From IMG/VR virus record IMGVR_UViG_2765235989_000002, positions 1 through 64,000 of that record: a stretch of 64,000 nt of DNA; one strand, 5' to 3'. The notes under the pieces are model-generated. The model worked only from the letters and a program-made list of their open reading frames with translations, did not search any database and was not told where the DNA came from. Positions 8,924 through 18,296 of the stretch are shown here, one piece after another. The position numbers and the translations under genes are program-made. The stretch is from a virus (Duplodnaviria; Caudoviricetes). Position 1 is the stretch's first letter. Every line of letters begins with the position of its first letter.

Positions 8924-9727
8924 TCATGCCACGTCGAACACCCGGCGTGGCAGCGGGCCCTCGGCCTTTTGCGCACGTGCCACGCGCAGCGCGGTTTGGT
9001 AGACGGCATCGGCCTCGGTAACGTGCGCAGGCGCGGCTACACGTTCCGCTTCAACGACCGCCTCCGTGAACGCATCTGCTGGCTCGCGGCGCGAGGGATG
9101 AGCGACCGCGGCGTTGAGGCGCGCGCGGGCCGCAGCGACGAGCGGCCCTTCCTCGGGCGCGGTCGGCCGGTGCTCGAGGGCGAGGGCAAGGGTACGGCGG
9201 TAGCCGGCCGAGGCGTTCTCCCGCGTCCGTACGGGCGCGGCCGTCGTGTCCGGCGTTCCGGCAGTGGTGACGGTGGGCGCGGTGGAGCGGGGCTGGCCGG
9301 GGCCGACGGCGAGGACCCGGATCGTGCGGACGGCGGCCCGGCCCAGCTTGTCGTTGATCTGCTTGGCAAGCTGCCCGCCGAGCAGCCGCAGCTGGGTGGC
9401 GTAGGCGTTGGACGAGGGGCGGAGGTCGAGCCGGCCTTGGTCCGGGTCGAAGCCTTCAGCGGCGATGAGTCCGTCGTACTGCGGGCACAGGACGGGCCAC
9501 TGGTGGAGGATGTTGCCGCCGTCGAGGCCGAGTTCCCATCCCTGTTCAGCGTTGATGCGCTCGATGGCGGCGGCGAAGGTGACCGGGTCGCGGCCGCCGG
9601 AACGGTCACGGCGGATCCGAGGAGCCTTCCTCGGCGCAGCTGGCCGGGTGCTGGCGGCGGTCTTGTAGGCGGCGAGGGCCTGGCGCGCGAGGTCGACGCC
9701 TGACGCGGTCGGGGTGTGGTCAGGCAT
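8924..9727 (-). CDS. DUF721/DciA-like protein
   Basis: SGVDLARQAL..RDP..GW..WP.L...SSNAYATQLRLL..L...IN..LG...V..I, typical of actinobacterial DUF721. Confidence 0.75.
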   Translation of the reverse strand: MPDHTPTASGVDLARQALAAYKTAASTRPAAPRKAPRIRRDRSGGRDPVTFAAAIERINAEQGWELGLDGGNILHQWPVLCPQYDGLIAAEGFDPDQGRLDLRPSSNAYATQLRLLGGQLAKQINDKLGRAAVRTIRVLAVGPGQPRSTAPTVTTAGTPDTTAAPVRTRENASAGYRRTLALALEHRPTAPEEGPLVAAARARLNAAVAHPSRREPADAFTEAVVEAERVAAPAHVTEADAVYQTALRVARAQKAEGPLPRRVFDVA

Positions 9728-11189
9728 AGGTGGCGGCCTCCTGCCAGGGCATGCTGATGCGGACGTTGGTGCTGTACCGGGTGAGTGCGCGGTCGACGAG
9801 CTGGTTGGTGTAGAGCCGTCGGGCGTCGGCCTCGCCCATGACGGGGATGGCGTCGAGGATGATCTGAGGGTTGGCCTCGGCGGCGGCCCTCAGGTCCACG
9901 ACGGTCGCCTCGTCGAGGGTGTCGATGTCGACATGCTGGCTGTCGTCGTGGCCGTAGCTGACAGCGGCCTCAAGGTCCTCGGCGGACGGCTGGCGGCTGT
10001 GCGCGAGGGCGTCGCGGACGATCCGCTGGACGGACGCGCGGGCCGGGCCGCCGCCGAGGGTTTCGTATCCGCGGTGGCGGGCCTTCTCCTGGACGCGGGA
10101 CTCCTGCCATGCCAGGACGGCCGTCTTGCGGCGCTGGGGGGTGGTGTACAGCAGGTGGGCGCCCTTGAGGCGGTGGGCGAGCATCCCGGACGGGCGGCGG
10201 ACCTCGGCAGCGGTGAGGGGGGTGGCTTCGGCGACGGCCTGGACCTCGAGCGCGGTCCATCCGGCGTCGGCGACGTCCCGGAGGATCCACGCGAGCCGCT
10301 TCCACGAGCCGCGGGAGAGCCACGGGGCGATGCTCATGACCTCGCGGGCGAGCTGGTAGCGGCGGCCGACGCGGTTCAGCTTCCGCCGACCACCGGCCTG
10401 CGCCTTGGACTTCTTCGGGGTGGGGGACTTGCTCTGCCCGCTTGCGAGCTTGCTCTCAGGGGGGAAGTGAGTAGTACCGGCAGTGTCAACAGCTGAGGTA
10501 CCACCCTGCATTGGGGTGCAACGCGTCCTCGAGGAAACGGTCTGCTTCCGGGGCCGGCGGCGCTTGCGGGTGGCCTTCCGGGCGAGCTTCCCCAGCAGGC
10601 CCTGCTTCTCCGGCGCGGCCCCGACCGGGACACGCGTGTAGGCGGGCATCGTCTCGTCGCGCTGGATCGTGCGGATGCCGTGGGCCTCATCGAACGCGGC
10701 GGGGATGATCCGCTCGAACACGGACGTCTGGTTCGGCTGCCCGGACAGGCGGGTGCCCTTCACTCGGTACACGAGGAGCCCGGTCTCGCGGAGCAGGCCG
10801 AGGTGGTACTGGATGGTCCGCTCCGACACCTTCAGCTTCCGCATGAGGTAGGCGATTCCGGGCCGGCACTCGGTCAGCGCGGAGAGTTCCTGGGCGATGA
10901 CGAGCGTCGTCGGCCCCCACTTCGGGCCGTGCTTCCGGGACGGCACGTACAGGCCGGTCTTGGCGAGTTCGTGGACCCAGTGGACGGCGGTCATCCAGGA
11001 GTGGGCGCAGGTGGCGATCCGTCCGCTCGTGGCGTCCAGCCACTGGTCGGCGGGCGCGACAGGGAAGGCACCGGGGGTCTTCGAGGTGTCCTGTCGCTGG
11101 CACGGGATGCCGCCACGGTTGGGGGAAATACTGGGCGAATCGCCCGTGCGGGCGCGCGGAAGCTGACAAGAAGGGGATGCGTACGGCAC
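9720..11189 (-). CDS. Putative replication initiator (N-terminal HTH)
   Basis: CRPGIAYLMRKLKVSERTIQYHLGLLRETGLL HTH; adjacent to parAB and a DciA-like gene. Confidence 0.65.
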   Translation of the reverse strand: MPYASPSCQLPRARTGDSPSISPNRGGIPCQRQDTSKTPGAFPVAPADQWLDATSGRIATCAHSWMTAVHWVHELAKTGLYVPSRKHGPKWGPTTLVIAQELSALTECRPGIAYLMRKLKVSERTIQYHLGLLRETGLLVYRVKGTRLSGQPNQTSVFERIIPAAFDEAHGIRTIQRDETMPAYTRVPVGAAPEKQGLLGKLARKATRKRRRPRKQTVSSRTRCTPMQGGTSAVDTAGTTHFPPESKLASGQSKSPTPKKSKAQAGGRRKLNRVGRRYQLAREVMSIAPWLSRGSWKRLAWILRDVADAGWTALEVQAVAEATPLTAAEVRRPSGMLAHRLKGAHLLYTTPQRRKTAVLAWQESRVQEKARHRGYETLGGGPARASVQRIVRDALAHSRQPSAEDLEAAVSYGHDDSQHVDIDTLDEATVVDLRAAAEANPQIILDAIPVMGEADARRLYTNQLVDRALTRYSTNVRISMPWQEAATYA

Positions 11190-11271
11190 TATGTACCCGT
11201 CTTCCTAAGCGTTTGTGGGACGACAACGGCCCCGCTTCGGTGGTGCTGCTTCGGTGAGAAGCAAGTAGGTC

Positions 11272-11383
11272 GCTCGAACACTCGGGCCCGGTCGCCAAAC
11301 CGGATCTGAGATTCGAGCCTTAGCTCGGTCGCCAAACCGAGCCGTCGGATACGGCCGCGCACGGTGCGCCAACACCAGCGGCC
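11272..11383. ncRNA. Structured element: three hairpins with identical CGCCAA (+) / UUGGCG (-) loops upstream of rep
   Basis: CCGGT-CGCCAA-ACCGG (extends 11272-11318), GCTCGGT-CGCCAA-ACCGAGC, GGTG-CGCCAA-CACC. Confidence 0.55.
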
Positions 11384-11438
11384 AGCGGTTGAGGAAGTGC
11401 CCCCGCCAAGGGGCCCAGAACCTCCCGCTCGAAGGTCG

Positions 11439-11903
11439 CTACGTCACTCGATCTCCCTTACTGGGTGAGGTCTGTCCCTGCGCCCGTTCGGCGAGGAAGT
11501 CGTTGCGGAATCCTCCGCGCGCCGCAACCCGCAGCATGTCCTGCTGCCAGTCACTCGGGCCACTGTCGCGGTCCAACTCCGTGTTCCACCCGGGCTTGTA
11601 CTCGGGGTGGTGGCGCCACATGCGGGTGAAGTAGCGCATCGTGGAGCACGGGAAGCCGCAAGCCGCGTCGCAGGTGAAGCAGCGAGCCTGGCTGTAGCCG
11701 TCGTTGGTGACGTAGCAGGAGTGCTGTACGACGGCCAGGCGCAGCGACTCAACTCGGGCTACCGCCGCGTCCCGCGCGGAACCCTCGTGGAGGGCTGTGG
11801 CCGCATCCATCTCCTCGCGGAGCCGGGCGTACACGAAGTCCTCCGCCCGGAACTCCCAGCCGAAGTCGGGGTCGTCAGAGCCGAGGTAGACCATGCCGCT
11901 CAT
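11439..11903 (-). CDS. Hypothetical protein (DUF6221-like)
   Basis: FVYARLREE...CFTC...FPCSTMRYF..W..HPEYKPGW. Confidence 0.6.
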   Translation of the reverse strand: MSGMVYLGSDDPDFGWEFRAEDFVYARLREEMDAATALHEGSARDAAVARVESLRLAVVQHSCYVTNDGYSQARCFTCDAACGFPCSTMRYFTRMWRHHPEYKPGWNTELDRDSGPSDWQQDMLRVAARGGFRNDFLAERAQGQTSPSKGDRVT

Positions 11904-12337
11904 CGGTGGCCTCCTGTCCAGCCGTAGCCCTCAGCGAGGATCAAGATCACGGGGCACGCATCGCCGGGGGCGAACTGCATCCACTCGTCCAGGTGGCCAG
12001 TCCCGTCTGCGAGGCAAGAGTGTCCTCGACCGCCGTGCAGTTCCAGCAGCTTTCGGTCGGCGGCGCAGCGGCGCAGGACCGACTCGGGGTCGTTCAGGGC
12101 GATGTGAACGGACTGGTCCTTGGACGGATGGACGTCGTTGCTGACCACGACGATGTCCAGTTCGTCCTCGTAGACGACGTGTGACTCGAGTTCCCATTCA
12201 TCGGCGTAACGGTTGTCCGAACTGGTTCCGCTGCACCAACGTCCTGAACGGCCCTTGAGGGCCCGTTGTGCCGCATTGGAACGGATGGCGATGACAGTGT
12301 TCAGCCAGGCGAGGACGCTCTCGCCCTGGCCGCTCAT
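11900..12337 (-). CDS. DUF6221 family protein
   Basis: HIALNDPESVLRRCAADRKLLELH...CPVILILAEGYG. Confidence 0.7.
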   Translation of the reverse strand: MSGQGESVLAWLNTVIAIRSNAAQRALKGRSGRWCSGTSSDNRYADEWELESHVVYEDELDIVVVSNDVHPSKDQSVHIALNDPESVLRRCAADRKLLELHGGRGHSCLADGTGHLDEWMQFAPGDACPVILILAEGYGWTGGHR

Positions 12338-12754
12338 CGCGTGGGCTGTGTAGTGGTGACAGGACCCCTCGATGGCGGTGCGTTCACGCCAGAGTTGCGG
12401 GTCTGCCTGTGATCCGGGGAACGGCCCCGGGTAGTCTTTGCCATGTCGGCACCTTCGTAGAGGGTTGAGTGTCGACCCGGCCCTGCTCCTCGGTGTGCTA
12501 CCACCTTGGAATCCAGCGGGGCCGGACCTATGTCCAGGGGTGTCGCCGTCAGACCTGTAGCTGAGTGGTCGTCTGGCGCCAGGCTGAGCCTACCAATTCC
12601 CTCCGCCACTGTCCCCACCTTCTCCCATACCGTGTCGATCTAGTCAGATCGTCAGCTCATCATGCTGGTCACTCGACCCGGGCGCCGGGCCACCCGAGTC
12701 CAATAAAGATTCACCACAAATAACCGATGCCTGCGGCCCTGCCCTGCTTCGCCC

Positions 12755-13165
12755 TCAAGACGCTTTCAGCAGCGAAAAGGAAATGGGGGACTCGGCGCGG
12801 GCATCGCGCAGTTCGGCGACCGGCGCGGGCTCGGCGGCTGTCTGGCGCCGGTGGGCGCGGCCTTCCCGCGCGCGGGCCCGGCAGTCGGGGTGACGACACT
12901 GCTGGTTGTTGTAGTGGGCCTCCGAGTGCGGAATCCGGTCGTCGCGGATCTTCTTGCCCTGGGTCCGGGCGTCGTCGAGGCGTGCGGCGAACGCGGTGTC
13001 GGTGCGGGCGTGGCGGCGGGGCACGTTGATGCTGACGCCGACGTGCGCGGCGGCTTCCCCGAGGCGCATGCCGTCGGCGACCGCCGCCAGGTACTGCTGA
13101 CGGGCCGTCTCGTCGAACAGGACCTGCCGCCCGCGGCCCCGGCCCGGCTCTGTGGTGGCGGTCAT
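12755..13165 (-). CDS. HTH DNA-binding protein with C-terminal H..Y...CR...CR motif
   Basis: GMRLGEAAAHVGVS; HSEAHYNNQQCRHPDCR. Confidence 0.65.
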   Translation of the reverse strand: MTATTEPGRGRGRQVLFDETARQQYLAAVADGMRLGEAAAHVGVSINVPRRHARTDTAFAARLDDARTQGKKIRDDRIPHSEAHYNNQQCRHPDCRARAREGRAHRRQTAAEPAPVAELRDARAESPISFSLLKAS

Positions 13166-13632
13166 CGGCTGCCCCCGTCCCGGACGACCTCGGTGTCGGC
13201 CGGGTGCACGGGCCGGTGCAGATTGGCGGTGCGGGCGACATGGCGGGCCATGGTTTGGTAGCCGGCGTCGGCGAACTGGGCACGGAGCCGGGCCAGGGCC
13301 TCAGGGGTCCACTCCGGCCGTACGGACATGCGGCCCGCCCGGTAGCCGACGGCCAGGGCCGCGTTCCAGACAGCGCGGACGAGCCACGGCTCGGCGTCGG
13401 GCCACAGAAGCTCAGGAAGCTTCCCGGGCTGGCCGGCGTGGTCGAGGGTGGCGGCGGCGATGAGGCCGGCGAGGTAGTCCCCGGAGGACTGGCAGCGCTC
13501 GGCGAGGACCCGGTCCGTTCCCTCCGGGCCGACGGCGCCGGTCGAGGCGTCGGTCGGGGCGTCGGGGCCCGCGGCCCCGGTACTTGTGGACCCGAGGGCG
13601 GGGGCGGTGAGTTGGTGGGCGGGGGTGATCAC
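13162..13632 (-). CDS. Hypothetical protein
   Basis: Translationally coupled on both sides. Confidence 0.6.
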   Translation of the reverse strand: MITPAHQLTAPALGSTSTGAAGPDAPTDASTGAVGPEGTDRVLAERCQSSGDYLAGLIAAATLDHAGQPGKLPELLWPDAEPWLVRAVWNAALAVGYRAGRMSVRPEWTPEALARLRAQFADAGYQTMARHVARTANLHRPVHPADTEVVRDGGSR

Positions 13633-14564
13633 GAGGCGGTCTCCAGCAGTCGGTCGGGTATGGATAGGGGGAGAGCGAGGGGCTCAGGGGGCGGTATGAC
13701 GAGGCGGAGCCGCACCGGCCCGCCCCCTGAACCGGCCGCGCGGGCCGGGACTCGGCCGGGAGGCCCGCCGCATCCTGAAGCGGCGCGCGGCCGCGCACCG
13801 GCCGGGCTAAGGGGAAGGGGCGGGAAGTCGGGGATCATCAGCTGTACCGGCCGGCCCGGGCCGATACGGCGCTGCCGCATCCCGTCCGTCGTCGGCGCCG
13901 CCGCCACCGGCCACGCCCCGTCCGGCCGCACCCGCACCCCCCGCGGCAGAACCCCGTGCCGGCGCGCCGCGTCCAGCAGGTCCTCCCGCGTCGCGGTCTC
14001 CCGGTCCACGCCCAGCAGCTTGCACAGCGCCGACCGGTTCCAGTTCGCCGTCCGCACGTCCATTCCCGCCCGATACGCGACCAGCTCCTCGTCGGTTTCC
14101 CGCGCCAGCGACCGGAGCACGGCCTGCTTCTGGACTGTGCGGCACATCGCCAGATCCCGCTCCGGCCGACGCACCTCCACGACAGGGACGGGGCGGCCGG
14201 CGTCGAGCGCGGCCTTGCGGCGCTGAATCAGCGCACGGTGACGCTCCAGCGCCAACTCGCCGCCCCACACGCCTTCCGGCTCGGCGAGCATCCCGTCTGC
14301 GGTCTCCGTGTTCGCATATATGCGGCACGCCTCCCGCACCGGGCAGAACCCGCAGACCGATTTCGCGGCGCGCTCCCGCGCGTACCGGTCGGCCTGCGGC
14401 TCCGCCCCGTCTCCCGTCCACGGCCCCCACGCGTCGACCGGCACGTCCGGGTCGCCGGCCGCCATGCGGGGGTTGTCCACGTCGGGCTGGCACCCGCGGT
14501 AGCGGTACAGCGGATGCTCGGTCAACGCCTGGTGCGCCGCACTCGGCGACAGCGACATCGTCAT
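13629..14564 (-). CDS. Extended WhiB-like regulator with a possible C-terminal HTH
   Basis: YRGC...CGFCPVREAC...GVWGG; ELVAYRAGMDVRTANWNRSALCKLLGV. Confidence 0.75.
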   Translation of the reverse strand: MTMSLSPSAAHQALTEHPLYRYRGCQPDVDNPRMAAGDPDVPVDAWGPWTGDGAEPQADRYARERAAKSVCGFCPVREACRIYANTETADGMLAEPEGVWGGELALERHRALIQRRKAALDAGRPVPVVEVRRPERDLAMCRTVQKQAVLRSLARETDEELVAYRAGMDVRTANWNRSALCKLLGVDRETATREDLLDAARRHGVLPRGVRVRPDGAWPVAAAPTTDGMRQRRIGPGRPVQLMIPDFPPLPLSPAGARPRAASGCGGPPGRVPARAAGSGGGPVRLRLVIPPPEPLALPLSIPDRLLETAS

Positions 14565-14845
14565 GGGGATCCCCCCTCCTTCTTCGGCTTCGGATCAGTC
14601 GTGTGGCGGGCGAGCGCCGCGTCCAGGACACGGTCGGCGGCCCCCATCACGGCGTGCTCGTCGAGCACGGCCTGGAGCCGGGCCCGGCACGCCCGCATGT
14701 CCCGCTCGTGGAGCCTTTCCGCGAGACGGGCTGCGGCGCGCACCCCGGAGAGTGCGCGCCGCGTTGATCGGAGTATCTGTAACGCCCACAGGCCGGCGGC
14801 CACCGCCACCACGATGAGGACCGCGACGAACACGTTCAGGAACAC
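14561..14845 (-). CDS. Small membrane protein
   Basis: N-terminal hydrophobic helix. Confidence 0.6.
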   Translation of the reverse strand: MFLNVFVAVLIVVAVAAGLWALQILRSTRRALSGVRAAARLAERLHERDMRACRARLQAVLDEHAVMGAADRVLDAALARHTTDPKPKKEGGSP

Positions 14846-15105
14846 TGCCCTCGCCCCCTTTCCGGCGTGTGGGCCCGGTCTGCGCGGGCGATGGCCTGGC
14901 GGTCGTGGGCGGCCTGCTCGGCCGTCGACATCCGCCGCCAGTCACGGAACGCGGGCGCCGTACCGTCGTCCACCGCAGCGAGAGCGTCACGGTGCGCCGC
15001 GCTCCCCGGGTACACGCCGCGGCGCACCGCGCGCCGGGCCCGGGGAACTGCGGCCGCGAGGACGACGCTGGTGATAAGCAGGATGGGCAGGATTGTGGAA
15101 CCCAC
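14836..15105 (-). CDS. Small membrane/secreted protein
   Basis: AGGAGG RBS; hydrophobic N-terminus. Confidence 0.6.
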   Translation of the reverse strand: MGSTILPILLITSVVLAAAVPRARRAVRRGVYPGSAAHRDALAAVDDGTAPAFRDWRRMSTAEQAAHDRQAIARADRAHTPERGRGQCS

Positions 15106-15154
15106 GGCGGGGCCTCCTTCGGCAGAGAGTCGGCCCCGCCGGGATGAGCGGGGG

Positions 15155-16957
15155 CTATACGGCAGTGGCCATGGCCGGTGCGGCGTACCGGTCGATGTCC
15201 TCGCCGGTGATGGCTTCGACGAGCGCGCAGACGATGACCTCGGAGCAGTTCGGGGTCACGGCGTTGCCGTACTGTCGGACGCGCTCGCGCTTCGAGCCCA
15301 ACACGACGTACTGGTCGGCGAAGCTCATCGCACGGCCGATCTCGTGGGGCTCCAACATCCGGAACCGCACGTCCTCGATGGCGACTTTGCCCTGCACCAG
15401 CGCGTACCGGTCTCGCGTCGACAGGGTCCCCACCGGCTCCCGGACCGTGCGCGCCGTACCGTTGCCGTAGTACGGCACCAGCAGGTGCTCCCAGGTGACC
15501 AGCGACTGGTGGCCGGCCGTCGTCATGGTCCGCAGGTACTCGCTGACCGGGGTGCAGTGCTCGCCACCGGCGCCGACGCTGCCGTTGTTCCTCATGACGA
15601 ACGCAGCGTCGGGCATGACCAGGCCGTGGTGATTGCCGTTCGCGGAGACCGTGCCCACCGGCTCGCCGATCGACCGACCGCGAAGCTGGTCACCGCCGCC
15701 CCGCATGGTCACCATGAACGGCAGCCACGCCAGGCCGGTCTCGTTGCGGGCGGTCTGGGTGCGCAGCGGACTGTTCGCGGACGCTGGTTCCTTCCCCTCG
15801 CGGCCTTCCACCGGAATGAGGAGCGGCGGTATCGCCAGGCCGTCGTTCTCGCGGGTCGTGCGGCAGCTCATCGGGTCCAGAACGCTGGACGGGTCGTTCC
15901 GCCAGGTCCCTCCGGCCGGGACCATGAACGGCCCGTAGGCGACGGCCTTGGTCGGGGTCGTGGTCTGCGTCGTGAGCGGGGCGTCTACGGGCCAGGTGCG
16001 CACGCCGGGCCTGCGCTCGAAGGTGTTCCCCGCCGCCTCCAGGGTGATGGGCCGGGCGAACTTGTCCAGACCGGCCTGGATACGGGCGAGCGTCTTGTCC
16101 GCGAGTGGCTTGGCCCGGTCCCCGATCCGCTGTCCCGGCAGCGACCAGTCGATCGCCACGGCGGCCGGAAGGGTCTCCGGCTCCACCACCTGGTTCCGGC
16201 ACGACACGTTCGGGCACCGGTACACGTACTGCTGCCGGTAGCGGCCCATGTCCCGGCCCGGCGTCTTGAACCGCTGTACCGCCTGCACCCACTCCTTGCA
16301 GGCCGGGCACCACGCCCTGGGGCGCAGCCACTTGTCCCAGTCCGGGACCCGCCGCAGCGAGGAGTGCCAGTAAGCCACGTACAACCGGTCCCGCGACTGC
16401 GGGGCCTTGTGCACCGTCCTCGGGTCCGCGTGCATGCTGTTCAGGGCGATGACCCGGGTCTGGTATCCGAGCTTGTGCAGCTCCCCAAGCCACCGGTCCC
16501 ACTGGTCCCAGGCCCGCACGTCAACGACGTTCTCCACCACCCCGGCCTTCACCAGCCCGCCGCGCTCCTGCACTCCGCGCAGGTACAGCGGCACCTCCTC
16601 CATCAGCGCCCGGGACCGTTCCACCTCCTCCGACGGGCCGAACCCCTCGAACAGGTCGCCCTGCATGGAGGCGTCGAAGTCACGCTTCTTGCCCCGCGCG
16701 TTCGACCACTGCGGGCACTCCGGCGACGCCCAGAAGATGTCGGTGACCGGCCACTTCTCGACGGGTGCGTCGCGGATGTCGCCGCGGTAGTGGTCGACAT
16801 CGGGGAAGTTCGCGGCGTGCGACTCGATCGCCCGCTCCCAGTGGTTCGCCGCGCGCTCCATACGGACGCCGGGGATGGAGTGCATGCCCTGGCTGGAGCC
16901 CCCGGCGCCGCAGAACCAATCCATAACGGTCAAGGCATCATTGTCGTGGTAGGCCAT
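15155..16957 (-). CDS. Orphan C5 cytosine DNA methyltransferase
   Basis: FCGAGG (motif I), SPEC (IV), ENV (VI), PQSRDR (VIII), RQYGNAV (X). Confidence 0.92.
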   Translation of the reverse strand: MAYHDNDALTVMDWFCGAGGSSQGMHSIPGVRMERAANHWERAIESHAANFPDVDHYRGDIRDAPVEKWPVTDIFWASPECPQWSNARGKKRDFDASMQGDLFEGFGPSEEVERSRALMEEVPLYLRGVQERGGLVKAGVVENVVDVRAWDQWDRWLGELHKLGYQTRVIALNSMHADPRTVHKAPQSRDRLYVAYWHSSLRRVPDWDKWLRPRAWCPACKEWVQAVQRFKTPGRDMGRYRQQYVYRCPNVSCRNQVVEPETLPAAVAIDWSLPGQRIGDRAKPLADKTLARIQAGLDKFARPITLEAAGNTFERRPGVRTWPVDAPLTTQTTTPTKAVAYGPFMVPAGGTWRNDPSSVLDPMSCRTTRENDGLAIPPLLIPVEGREGKEPASANSPLRTQTARNETGLAWLPFMVTMRGGGDQLRGRSIGEPVGTVSANGNHHGLVMPDAAFVMRNNGSVGAGGEHCTPVSEYLRTMTTAGHQSLVTWEHLLVPYYGNGTARTVREPVGTLSTRDRYALVQGKVAIEDVRFRMLEPHEIGRAMSFADQYVVLGSKRERVRQYGNAVTPNCSEVIVCALVEAITGEDIDRYAAPAMATAV

Positions 16958-18216
16958 CAGGCGGCTCCCCTTCCCGTGTCGCCGCCCGGCGCGGCCTTCC
17001 TCGTCTGCTCGTTCAGTCCGGCGATCCGCCCGTCCAGCAGCTTCCGCATCGGCAGCCACGCTCCGTCCGGGCCCTGCACCTGGCGGTCCAGGACGCCGTG
17101 CTTGTCCGCGTCGCCCTTGATCTGCACCAGAGCGATCGGGTTGTTCCAGCAGCGTTCACTGGCGACCTGGCCGATGAGACGCTGTACGTGCCTGTCCGCC
17201 GCCTCGTCGTCGGTCCCGGCCGAGGCGCCGGCGGCGGAAGCGCCCGCCTCGCTCTGGGAACCGTCGCTCTCGCCGTTGTCCGGGGACAGCTCGGCAAGAC
17301 GGTCCGTCAGCAGGTCCTCGATCCGCGTGGGGACCTTGTCCTTCCCGGCAGGCACCAGATGGTCCAGCAGCCGCTTCTCGCGGGCCTCGGCCAGGTGCTG
17401 CTCGACGACGGCCCGTTCGTCCCAGCCCTTACGGACGCGGCGCAGGAACTGTTCCTTCTTCTGCGCGTCCAGCAGCTCGCGGATCCGGTCGTCGATCAGC
17501 TCGCCGAACAGGCGCAGCGTGCCCTGTGCATCGTGGACCTGGGACTCGTGGAAGTTCTCCTCGCCGACCTGCACCTTCACCGCTCGGAGCCCTTCCAGAT
17601 GGCCCCAGCGCTTCTGCATCAGCGAGTACAGGTCGTCCAGCCGGTCCTCTCGGGACGGCTCGGCGGTGAGCTGGTCTCTCTCGGCGGCGGCCTTGTCCAT
17701 GTCGGTCTTGGACCACAGGTCCAGGGCCGCGCCGAACCGCATGGCGGCGTTCCGCAGCGCGTCACCGATGGCTTCCTTCGCGGCGTTCGGGCCGGTCTTA
17801 CCGTCCGAGTTGCCGTAGCCGATCCGGGTGTGCCCGCCGACGGTCAGGCGGATCCACAGGCCGCCGACCTGGTCGAACTTGGGCAGGCCGTCAGCGTCGA
17901 AGGCCATGGGTTCCCAGGTCCACAGCGGATCGGCTTCCAGAAGCCGGCCGGTCAACTCGGCATGCCCGACGTAGTCCAGGTGAACGTGTTTGGTCGTCAG
18001 CGTGCTAGCGCAGGTATCGCACCGCTGTCGGGTGTGCTGTTCACACACCTTGAACTGGGCCTTACTGCATTTGGTGCACGAGACCTTGGGGAGCTTGGAG
18101 ATCTGGCTGGGCTGGAATGGTCGCCGCAGGATTTCCAGGGCGTCGAGCTGGTTTTGGGTGTGCGAGGTGGGGCCCTCCGCCGTGTTGCTGGCGGGGGCCT
18201 CGATGGCCGCGGCCAT
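16957..18216 (-). CDS. Rad52/Sak-like single-strand annealing protein with a long C-terminal extension
   Basis: LRRPF..LDYVGHAELTGRLLEADPLWTW...KEAIGDALRNAAMRFGAALDLW. Confidence 0.75.
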   Translation of the reverse strand: MAAAIEAPASNTAEGPTSHTQNQLDALEILRRPFQPSQISKLPKVSCTKCSKAQFKVCEQHTRQRCDTCASTLTTKHVHLDYVGHAELTGRLLEADPLWTWEPMAFDADGLPKFDQVGGLWIRLTVGGHTRIGYGNSDGKTGPNAAKEAIGDALRNAAMRFGAALDLWSKTDMDKAAAERDQLTAEPSREDRLDDLYSLMQKRWGHLEGLRAVKVQVGEENFHESQVHDAQGTLRLFGELIDDRIRELLDAQKKEQFLRRVRKGWDERAVVEQHLAEAREKRLLDHLVPAGKDKVPTRIEDLLTDRLAELSPDNGESDGSQSEAGASAAGASAGTDDEAADRHVQRLIGQVASERCWNNPIALVQIKGDADKHGVLDRQVQGPDGAWLPMRKLLDGRIAGLNEQTRKAAPGGDTGRGAA

Positions 18217-18296
18217 GAGGTCTCCTGTGTGGGGTTGTGACGGTGTACGGCCGGTGCGGGCCCGGTTGTCGGCGTCCAGGCCCGCCCGACGGGGGC

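Noticed and set aside
12334-12618. 94-aa ORF in a lower-GC gap
   Set aside because: No family motifs and weak coding signal; more likely a promoter region, perhaps with a short peptide
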